A stretch of DNA of 64,000 nt. Origin: Owenia fusiformis. Lineage: Eukaryota. Shown here piece by piece: positions 35,089 through 45,000 of the stretch. Under the pieces are notes generated by a model. That model was given only the letters and a program-made list of their open reading frames with translations, ran no database searches and had not been told where the DNA came from. The stretch is taken from contig CAIIXF020000001.1 of NCBI GenBank assembly GCA_903813345.2, positions 49,786,001 through 49,850,000 of the forward strand. The letters are read 5' to 3'. Position numbers and translations under genes: made by a program. Positions within the stretch are counted from its first letter, which is position 1, and every line of letters starts with the position of its first letter.

Positions 35089-37240
35089 GGTTACTTCTCT
35101 GTTCTTTAATTGTCCTGTAATTATCACAAGCTGTGGCTGAGATCACCTTTGCGCAAAAACATTCAATTCATTGAATGTCAAATAAATTTCTTTCCTCTCT
35201 TTAAAATAGAAAGTTGGTGTTGGTTGAAAAGGTCATTGTGATTCTGTTTAGTCATTTCTGAAATACATTATTTTTATCACGTTGTTAAAAAATCAAGCAT
35301 ATTCTTGTGTTGTGATTACTGATCACTGATCTGTTATGGTCAAGATTAATGATTGTAGATACTAATAGATTTAATAATATGGAACAGTATCCTATGGTCA
35401 ATAAGAGGAAGTTCTTGCAATAAGCTTATGGCAAATATTTGGATACAATATTGAGCTCATGTTTCCTACCATGTTTTGGTTTACAATAGTCTAGACTAGA
35501 GGTCAAGGATTGCAACATTCATCCCACCGAACGTCGGTCCACCCCACCATCCGTCCATCTGTCCATCCATTCGTTCATTTGTTTGTATGTCCAGGCAATA
35601 ACTCAGATACCAGTCGACGGATTGGGTTCAAATATTATAGGCTGATGACTTACATGTATATAGTTCCTCTGCTTGAAAAGGAATTTTCAATATAACCACT
35701 AAAATCAAAATTTAGAAAAAATGTAATCTTTGATAACACAAATGCAAGTCAATAGATTTTTCATAAAAAATGTCTCTTCAACGGATTTGGTTCAAATTTC
35801 ATATGATGATGCCCTCGTAACAATCTGCTCAAGAATGAATTTTCCAGATGGCAACCATATTTAAAATAGCTCCCATTTTTCGTTAGAAAGTAATCTTGAT
35901 AGCTTAAAGAACAGTCAACGGATTTGGATCAAATTTTATACGCTGATACCCTCATGACAATGGACTCTTTTCAGAAGGTATTTTTCAAGATGGCTGCTAA
36001 ATTCAAAATGGCTACCATTTTTCATAAAAAAGTAATCTTTGATCACTTACATACCAGTGAACAGATTTGGTTTAAATTCAATATGCTTATGCCTCATGGA
36101 CATAGGATTTTGCACGTGGTGGAATTTTCGAGATGGCCGCTTTATACAAAACAGCTGCCTTTTTCGGTAAATTTATAATCTTTGATAACTCACATTTACA
36201 GTTGACATATTTGGTTCAAATTTTATATGCTCATGACAGAGTGATATAGGACTCTACTCAAGAAGGAAGATTCTTGCTGGATTCAAAATGACCAAAAATG
36301 TTCTAAATACATGATGATTGATTTGATAAAATACTGTTTGTTCAGTGGGAATTGCTACTCCGTGGAGTTGTAAACTATTTATGTGAAATAAACCTATTTA
36401 TATTTATTTGAGTTGTATGCGTTTTGGAGTCGCTTAATTACCACTTTAACCCAATGGGTTATATCAATTATTTGTTTACATGATTACGATATAAAACAAT
36501 ATAAAACATTAGTTATATTTATCTCACATTAATACTATATTCTTATACAGAAGGGGTCCCTTTCGCTGTGACCCAACATTTAATAGAAATAGTGGCAACT
36601 TACCCTTGTTGCAGTATATTAACCTGTATCTTGGTGGTGATGGGGTGGTTGGGGGGCTTTCTTCACTGATTTTTTCTGAGGGAGTGAGTTCCCGCCAGTT
36701 GTCACGTGATCATTTTACCGCCAAACAGTTATCATGTGACCATAAATAAATAGCTTACCTAAACTACTGCCCTCTATACAACTGTTTGGAAATATAATTA
36801 CCTGTAACAAAACCTAGTAACCAGCTAACTCCAAAACACATAAATATTTATATTTCATATAATTTATTTATATTTATTTGAGTTGTATGCGTTTTGGAGT
36901 CGCTTAATTACCACTTTAACCCAATGGGTTATATCAATTATTTGTTTACATGATTACGATATAAAACAATATAAAACATTAGTTATATTTATCTCACATT
37001 AATACTATATTCTTATACAGAAGGGGTCCCTTTCGCCACTACTTTGTAAACTGAATTACAAGGTTTTATAAGATGTAAAACTAAATATAATTCTGTTTCA
37101 AAGTGACCCCTTCCAACTAAAGAAAAATAGAAAGACATATTTTTGATTAATACATGTTTACTTTATTTATGATTATACTAACTATATATTATCTTAACCT
37201 GCTATTTGCTGGGTTAATATGCATAACATTACATATATGA

Positions 37241-38203
37241 CTATCTTATATATTTTATGAATGCTCTTGATTTCCATCTTCCTGTTTTTTGAATCAAGTT
37301 GTCTGATACATTGTTTTTAGCTAAAAAAGTTGCACCACCTATTCTAAAGCTGTGGGAGGTTATCTTGATATCTTTGCACCCTACAATTTCAAGTGTTCTC
37401 TGAATAATGTTTCTAAACAGTCCCGCTTTTATGCCTTTATTTTGATACATAAACAGAGGACCTGGCTTGGTACCCCTTACTGTTAGATAATCCTCCATTT
37501 CTTTAACAGGACAGATTTGTAAATAAGGCTGTCTGCTAATTTGAATGATTGATGGTTTAGTTGAATGTTTATAAGTTTGAAATTGGATGCTCATGAATTG
37601 GTTATTTATTTCTTTAATGCACCCATTTTGTAAATTGTGAGGAGAATCTACCGTGATTTCACTAATTCTCAATAAGGCAAAGAATGCTGTTATGAACATT
37701 GTCCTTATTACTTTTACTTGGTTTATATCTTGACATATTATGTTCAATGAATTAATCATATATACTAACAGCTCAAGAGTTATTGGATCTCTTCGATCCA
37801 CGTTATCAGATTGTTTTGTCATCCCTATTAATGCTTGTTGAATGACATAAGACTTTGTGGGATCTTTTATCCCTTCAATTTTATGAAAATAAGATATTGC
37901 TGATACTTGGGTTTTAATTGTTGAAGGAGCATAACCCATAAGATTCATCTCGCTTATAAATAAGCTTAAGTCTGAAGTACTCAAAGGAAATGGTCTTAGG
38001 TTATGTTGAGTACAAAATGTCAGCAGTTTTTGCCAAGACTGTTCATACACTTTTTTGGTATTATGAGTATGGGCTTGCTCTACTAATTTTCTGAAGTTAT
38101 CCTCCAGTTCTCTGGTTTCCATTCCTCTGGAATCACTTTTGGTTCTACATTGTTTTCTGGCCTGAGTTTCTTGAACTCCTGCAAAAGATTTCTTGATAAG
38201 CAA
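37241..38203 (-). CDS. Tyrosine recombinase (YR) of the retrotransposon
   Basis: Catalytic motifs ALLRISE, HSFRIGGAT and GRWKSRAFIKYIR; N-terminal core-binding helices. The true start is probably a downstream Met. Confidence 0.93.
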   Translation of the reverse strand: MLIKKSFAGVQETQARKQCRTKSDSRGMETRELEDNFRKLVEQAHTHNTKKVYEQSWQKLLTFCTQHNLRPFPLSTSDLSLFISEMNLMGYAPSTIKTQVSAISYFHKIEGIKDPTKSYVIQQALIGMTKQSDNVDRRDPITLELLVYMINSLNIICQDINQVKVIRTMFITAFFALLRISEITVDSPHNLQNGCIKEINNQFMSIQFQTYKHSTKPSIIQISRQPYLQICPVKEMEDYLTVRGTKPGPLFMYQNKGIKAGLFRNIIQRTLEIVGCKDIKITSHSFRIGGATFLAKNNVSDNLIQKTGRWKSRAFIKYIR

Positions 38204-39936
38204 TCTGCTGCGCAGTTATCTTTACCTGGCAGGTAGACGCTTTTAACATTAATGTTTAATTTTAAACAATGCAATACTAATTTTCTCATTAATACCATCA
38301 TGTTTTTGTCTTTAGTAACACCTTTTTTTAGAATATTGCAAACACCTTGGTTATCTGTATATATGGTTACTTGTTTATTAGCAAATACTTGACCCCAAAG
38401 TAAAAATGCTAGAACAACTGGGTATAATTCTAACATGGTTATATGATAACCCTTTCAGCTAGTTGGCCATTTGCCATAAGTCCACTCTTTGTTGAATACG
38501 ATCCCATATCCGTATGATGTTGAAGCGTCTGTTTGTATATCTATATTTTCACTATTTTCCCATTTCTCATCAACGAAAAAACCTCTTCCGTTGAATGATT
38601 CAATGAATTCTTCCCATATTTCAATATCTAGTCTGGCTTCCGCCGTTAATCTACAGTGATGATGTAGCTCTTTAGCTTTCATTGAAAGATCTATCAACCT
38701 TCTGAGAAACGTGTTTCCGAAGGGAATGATAACTGTACAGAAGTTCAACAGACCTATAATACTCAGAAGCTCTCTCTTGGTTTTTCTCTTGTTTTCTTTA
38801 ACTTGTTTGATCATATTTTTTACCTTTTGTAACTTATCTTGCGGCAGTCTTGTCTCTTTATTCAGAGTATCAATTTCTATACCCGCAAATGTCATTACCT
38901 GATTGGGGCTCTCAGTCTTTTCTGGTGCTAGGGGGATTCCTATCTCATCACACATCTTTTGGAATTTATCCAAAGATTCTGTGCACTTATCTTTTGTTAC
39001 TTCTATTAACAAGAAGTCATCAATTATGTGTACCATATTGCCTATATCTATCTTATTTATGCCAATCCATTGTATGGATGTGCTTAACAATTCAAAAGTC
39101 TTGCACGAAATTGATAGACCCATTGGTAATGTTTTGTCAGCGTAATATTGATCTTCAAATTTAAAACCTAATAAGTTATAATCTTGAGGATTCATTGGTA
39201 TTATTTTGAAAGCATTTTTAATATCTACTTTGCTTAGGTACACTGGTTCAGGAAGGTTTTTAATTATGTTCACTGCTTGTTTCACAGTTTGATATTGTAC
39301 GGTTGCTAGTTCCTTTTCAATACCTTCATTTATTGATTCACCTTTGGGTGCTGACAGGTGATGTATCATTCTATATTCCCCTGGTTTTTTCTTTGGAACA
39401 ACTCCTATTGGGGATACTACAAAATCTTGACTGGGTTGTTTATTAAAAGGGCCTAATAATCTGTTGGCTTTTATTTCTTTTTCTATTTTATCTCTGATAA
39501 CCTGTGGGTGTTGTTGAGCAGATTTCAAATTATTGGGTTCTTTAAATGATGTTCTACCTTTAAAGGGTACTTTAAACCCGTTAGTGAAACCCTCTTCAAT
39601 TTGTTCTTTTAAGTTACTATCATAACCTTCTAACTTTTCATTAAGCTTGACCCATTTAATTGGTGTTGGTAATGGTTGATTTCTATCTATTATTTGATTT
39701 AACTCATCAACTTTGATTTCAGTTAACCTGGTATTGGGCTTTGAACTCATAGTCCTATCAGTTTCAGGCTTACTTTCTGCCTTGTCAAGGTGCTGGTTGC
39801 TGCCTTGATTGTCATTCAAAATATTATTTTCTGTTTTTTGGACGAAAAAGGTTATTCTCAGCTTTACTGCATTCCTTTGCTTTATGTGATTTCCCTTTGC
39901 AATAAGGGCATTCATGTTTAAATTTACAATCTTCAC
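38083..39936 (-). pseudogene. Reverse transcriptase-RNase H (pol), interrupted by one in-frame TGA at 38455-38457
   Basis: RT motifs SPIGVVPKK, KVDIKNAF, LPMGLSIS and HIIDDFL; RNase H motifs IQTDAS, LELYPV, YTDN and NCAADCLSR. The two ORF-track pieces are in the same frame: ...CCA ACT AGC TGA AAG GGT TAT CAT ATA ACC ATG TTA GAA... Confidence 0.88.
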
Positions 39937-41305
39937 CTTTTTTGCATGAGTAGCCTTTATGGTAGAAAAAGCAGTAGTCTTTTGGAATAAAAGGGTTCAA
40001 CGATGATTTTCCTTTAGTTTCTAGTTCATTCGTTTTTTCCCCTTTTTTTCCTGACTCCTTCTTTTCGCCCCATTTTTCTTGGCTCTTTTCATTTTTCATA
40101 TTGATGCATTTTACCCATAATGCTCCATCTATCACCTCCCAAGGTACCATTCTGTTAGCTCTTGCTTTACGAAATTTTCTATCATATTTGCCCCAATTCA
40201 TTCCCTTCTCTTTTAATTCTTGTATGTTTGCCATGTAACTTATCATACCATTAGCTTCTAGGGGTTTATATCTGATTGCTACACTCATGTAAATAAGAAA
40301 AGCTCTTGACCAATCTCCAAATGGTATAAACTTTGGGTATCTTTTGTCAGGTATAAATACCTGTCGGCCATTGATAACTTTAATTTCTGTCACCCTATTT
40401 GTCATGTCATCATCTTCGTCATCCTCATCTTTTAATAGTTTAGCCAAATCAACAAATTCACCTTTTATTATTTTTTCCCTCATTGATCTTGTCACTGTAT
40501 TTTCCAAAGATGATGACATTTCATGAAAGGGTTGTAAATTTGACCTACCCATTGGTGTTTGCATATTATAGAAATAATTGTTAGGTTGAATGTTATGATT
40601 AAAGGCCTGTTGTACTGGGATTTGGTTGGAATGCAGCTGGTCTATACCGGATGGCATTGGTTGGATATGAGCAGGGATCTGATTTGGACCAGTTTGTAAG
40701 TTCGATATATATGGATTGTACATCATACCAGCTAATTGCGGGGTACAATGCACACTCCCTATATTGGATCCCTGTTGCTCATTCAATCTGGTGTTGTTTA
40801 GGCCTTGCTGAACTGGTTGTTGGTTGGTTGATGATATAAGTTGTTGGCTGGTTGATGTTATTGGTTGTTGGCTGACAACTGGGATTGTATTTACGACACC
40901 TTGTGGGTTGGTTGTGTAAGGAGTGTACATCATACCGGCTTGTTGCGGGGCATACTGCACACTCCCTATAATCGGGACATTCATTCTGCTGATGGCTTGG
41001 TCTGGTTGAACATGGTTTTGGTTAATAGAAGGCGATGGTTGATAGCTGGTACCTGGGGTTTGATTTAACATGAGCTCAGAGGGTTGTTTATGGAGATGGG
41101 GCGGTTTATCGGTTACATCTTTGCTACATTCATCATCTTCAGATTCAGATGAATTTTCTGACTCCCTATTTGTTTCAACTACTATGTTCTCCTTAACTGG
41201 AGTTTCATTTTTATTTTTTTCATCTTTTTTGGCTTTTTTAACACCATTAGTTTCAGTTTTAGCTTTACGCTTTTTACCATTTTGATTTTTTCCTTCTTTT
41301 TCCAT
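39824..41305 (-). CDS. Gag-like protein of the YR retrotransposon
   Basis: Lies upstream of pol and overlaps it. REKIIKGEFVDLAKLL and WGKYDRKFR motifs. C-terminal tandem Cys/His zinc fingers (CFFYHKGYSCKKGEDCKFKHECPYCKGKSHKAKEC). First ATG is at 41305. Confidence 0.85.
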   Translation of the reverse strand: MEKEGKNQNGKKRKAKTETNGVKKAKKDEKNKNETPVKENIVVETNRESENSSESEDDECSKDVTDKPPHLHKQPSELMLNQTPGTSYQPSPSINQNHVQPDQAISRMNVPIIGSVQYAPQQAGMMYTPYTTNPQGVVNTIPVVSQQPITSTSQQLISSTNQQPVQQGLNNTRLNEQQGSNIGSVHCTPQLAGMMYNPYISNLQTGPNQIPAHIQPMPSGIDQLHSNQIPVQQAFNHNIQPNNYFYNMQTPMGRSNLQPFHEMSSSLENTVTRSMREKIIKGEFVDLAKLLKDEDDEDDDMTNRVTEIKVINGRQVFIPDKRYPKFIPFGDWSRAFLIYMSVAIRYKPLEANGMISYMANIQELKEKGMNWGKYDRKFRKARANRMVPWEVIDGALWVKCINMKNEKSQEKWGEKKESGKKGEKTNELETKGKSSLNPFIPKDYCFFYHKGYSCKKGEDCKFKHECPYCKGKSHKAKECSKAENNLFRPKNRK

Positions 41306-41467
41306 CGCAACCTGCAATTATAAACCATTAAGTAATATTTCATTAAGTTTGGGTGCGACTCCAAGGGCAAAAGCTTACGCTATTACCGTTAAAATACCAC
41401 TTATTAGTTCATTCAGTTGCGATTAATTATACACTTAACTACCTGTCTATAATCTAACTTAACTAAT

Positions 41468-42085
41468 TTACTTACAGTAACTTCTTCTTTTCATTGTATT
41501 TATCATAGCGCTCTTTATACCATCTTGGTATTTCCCCATGTATTTCTCTTTAAGGTGAGTGCCGTCGATAAGTTTATCAAAAATGTTCTCTTCCATTCCC
41601 CTAGTTCTCCAAAATATGATTTTGCCCCCTCTGTAGATTTTATTTAGGTTTTTATTTGTGTTTTGAATGATTTGATTAACTCTGTTTTTTTGATGTTTAT
41701 TTGTAATCCATCTGGAATAATCCCTTTTTATCAACTTGCATATAACTACATAACTATTATTTATTTCTTGAATTTTTTCCGCTGATCTAAGAATTCGTTT
41801 AGCTAAAATATCACCCCCCTGTTTAACATTTATTCCCCCTTTTTCCAAATTTCCTGCGTCATTACCCCCGATTTGGATCAATACTATGTCAACATTATCT
41901 AAGCTCCCATGTGTTCTTTTTAAGTGATCGATTTTCCCCCCTGAAAACCCTATATATGATATGATTGGTTTGGGGTCTTTAAACTCCCATGGATCATGCC
42001 CATTGTTTTCCATTTCCTGATTATATTTTTGGAGCCTGTCTATGAAACTGCTTCCAATAACTTTTATTCTGCAGGGCTTCTCCAT
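41468..42085 (-). CDS. SGNH/GDSL hydrolase (esterase) ORF carried by the retrotransposon
   Basis: All four blocks are present: VIGSSF (Ser), FSGGKI (Gly), IQIGGND (Asn) and IDGTHL (DxxH). It lies inside the terminal repeats. Confidence 0.85.
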   Translation of the reverse strand: MEKPCRIKVIGSSFIDRLQKYNQEMENNGHDPWEFKDPKPIISYIGFSGGKIDHLKRTHGSLDNVDIVLIQIGGNDAGNLEKGGINVKQGGDILAKRILRSAEKIQEINNSYVVICKLIKRDYSRWITNKHQKNRVNQIIQNTNKNLNKIYRGGKIIFWRTRGMEENIFDKLIDGTHLKEKYMGKYQDGIKSAMINTMKRRSYCK

Positions 42086-45000
42086 TTCTATATAAAATAA
42101 ATAAATAACGAATCTATTTTAACACTATATTTTGGGTTAATTATAATTAGTTCACATTGTTTTCAATAGTATTTTTATTGTATGTAACCGGTGTTCTAAA
42201 CTAAATGTAATTTTCATTACTTTTGGTGAAATCATTTTTGGTTCTCATAAACATCTCTATTTTTTAAGTCTTAACCAGTTATCCATTTAAAATACTTTTG
42301 AAAATGTTTCAACAGTTGTTATTTTATTACTAGCCTATTTTGGTTATATTCCACTCACTTATCTAATAACTAAGGCGGTTCCATGTTTTGATTTTCGTTT
42401 TTAATACTTTTGCTTTTTATTGATTTATGTTAATCGAATAATATTATATTCATGTAACCGCCTTATTTATAACTTCATTATGAATTTGAAGTTTTCTTCT
42501 GTTATACTATGTTCTTATTTCTATGAATACTTTTCTACGTATTCTATGTTATGTTTTGATTACTTTTCTATGTAATCTTTGTTTTTTTTTATATTATAGA
42601 TACCTTTCTAAGTATCCTATTTCATTGATGAGTGGCTAGTTCGATTTTTACCCAATATATTTGAATTGACTGTTTCACTTGTCTGCTTTACTACTTGCAG
42701 CTTGTTGATATAGTCATCTGTTCATATCCTGTGCGTAGACAGGTGAGGCGACTGCCTTACATTTATACATTTTTAAGACATAATTGTGCTGTGAGTATAC
42801 TCACTTGTTAGAATTTATTTTCATCAGCAACAAGTAAGCTTAGTCAACACATTTATACTACTACAAGACTGTGAACCATATTTGTATTGGGCCGACGTTT
42901 TGATCAGACTAGACTATATACTGACCTTATTCTTTAGTATTTGTGACTGTATGTCCAGGACTATCGATTTCTAAAATTTATATATTACCTGGTGTAGAAT
43001 CCTAGGTTAAGTTAGCCAAAAGGAAATTTAATCAACGTGAGATTGGAAGGAAATCAAGGGAGAATGAGTAGGTTGAAAGGAATTTCAAATTTTTCCCTTA
43101 CCTTCTGCTATTTATTTGCTGTTTTTTCTTTTCGTTAATCACTAGACATACATGTATCATTCATAACTGTAATGTTTAACGTATTTTCTTCTTGTTGCTG
43201 ATGTAAATTGCCGGGCCGGAAGTGCCCTACTTTACGTTAAATTTACGAACGTGAAAGACTTTTGTTTAATTACTGATTCTTCCTGAAATATTGGGTTCGA
43301 TAGTTTACTTTATCGTGCGAACAAGCCACTCATTGTTATTTTTTGTTTTTATTCTTTATTTATTTTTTCATTTTTCTTATCTTTACCTTTTCAAATAATT
43401 TTTTTTTTTTGGGGTTATTTTATGCTATGTTCGTATTTTTATTATTCTGTCGGCTTTGTCCATGTACCTATATAAGTTGAGGTACTGGCCTAGCCTAGTA
43501 TTTTATTGGCTTTATTCATATTTATTTTATCAACTATTTATATTTTAATCATTTTTCTTACCCAATCTTCTTCTCAGCGTCTTTCTTCACTGATTTTTTC
43601 TGAGGGAGTGAGTTCCCGCCAGTTGTCACGTGATCATTTTACCGCCAAACAGTTATCATGTGACCATAAATAAATAGCTTACCTAAACTACTGCCCTCTA
43701 TACAACTGTTTGGAAATATAATTACCTGTAACAAAACCTAGTAACCAGCTAACTCCAAAACACATAAATATTTATATTTCATATAATTTATTTATACAGT
43801 ATATGCTGAAGAGCCCATAACTAGAAATAAAACCCTAAATAAAAGTAATTCAGATCTTTACATTCATTCAGGGCTTAACGTCATGACTCCTAAACTTTGA
43901 CTCACATGTTTGTCAGTTCCAACCTCGCTGTCCATGTTCCTGCCACACACAGCTGTGTGGTTTGTGAGTGGGAATTTGATGCATGAGTGGAGAAATAAGG
44001 TAGTTTGTGACTAAAGAACCGATATTCCCATTGTCAGAATTTGGTTTGGATGGAAGGAAGGTGGTCATCTGAAATGTTAATCCTTCAACTGACAGCATCA
44101 TTTACATAGCTTTAAACCCACCTAGAATTTCAAAACTATGAAAGTGATCAAGCAACAACTTTAGGATGAAATAATAAAAAAGATGTACATTTATATTGAG
44201 ATTTCCCAAAAATATGTCACAAACAGTATGAATTACATGTAAATTCTATTGGCCTCCCCTGTGTATAGTGTCTAATAAGTTTAAAATGTTTTTAAGGTCG
44301 TTTAGGTAAACTATTAAGTATAAATTTCATGATGTTTTTACAATGTTTTTACATTTTTGACATTTATTTCTTTTGAATTACCTTAGTGTTATTATCATAC
44401 TGCAAAACTGTTGAATATGGAGATCAGATTCAATGTCAAATTCAGGGGAAGGTAGTTTAAGAGGGATATAGTGATGCCATCCATTCATCTCTTTGTTTGT
44501 TAGTCTGTCGGGGCAATAACTCAAATACCAATTGACTGATTAGGTTCAAATTTTATCTGATGCCTAATGGGGATAAGACCTCTGCATGTTAAGGAATTTC
44601 AACATGGTCACTAAATTCAAAAAGCCCACCATCTTTTGTGAAAAATGTAATCTTGAATTACTCAAAGATAAGCCAACAGATTTGGTTTGGTTTTATATGC
44701 TGATGCCTTTGGGACATAAGACCGGATGACTGAATTATTAAGATTTGTTTCGATACCCTTTTTGGGTCTACCTGGATTTTTAGATCACTGATGTGATAAC
44801 ATTTAATTGGGCTTTTGAAGCACATGTGATGTAGTGTTATTCATAGTTTAGATTTTTTGCAGTAAGATTTTAGACTCTGCATAACATTGTATAACAACTT
44901 GTTGAATTAAACAAGGTAGTAGATTTCTAAGATAAAATTATGCTTTTGAAGATATGTAATATTATTCATATATTGTCATCCACACTCAAATCTGAGATCA

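Larger units (their letters stand above)
36395..43796 (-). mobile_element. Tyrosine-recombinase (DIRS-order) retrotransposon with Ngaro/PAT-type split direct repeats, full length
   Basis: In element orientation: A1 43796-43581; ORFs; B1 37036-36865; A2 36872-36657; 90-bp spacer; B2 36566-36395. The repeat pairs look identical by eye. TATTTATA occurs at both ends and at the B1/A2 junction. It encodes SGNH, gag, RT/RNase H and YR. Confidence 0.93.

Noticed and set aside
39015..39032. RT active site HIIDD instead of YxDD
   Set aside because: Both aspartates are present, and hydrophobic substitution at this position occurs in YR-element RTs, so it is not evidence of inactivation.
38711..41285. 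Short plus-strand ORFs inside the retrotransposon
   Set aside because: They are antisense shadows of gag and pol with no recognisable domains.
1094..42085. A functional link between the two SGNH-fold ORFs (NXPE-like and transposon esterase)
   Set aside because: No visible similarity beyond generic catalytic motifs; their co-occurrence is probably coincidental.
43829..43840. AAACCCTAAA as a possible telomerase RNA template upstream of the H/ACA candidate
   Set aside because: It does not match a TTAGGG template (CTAACCCTAA), no pseudoknot is evident, and it is expected by chance in AT-rich DNA.
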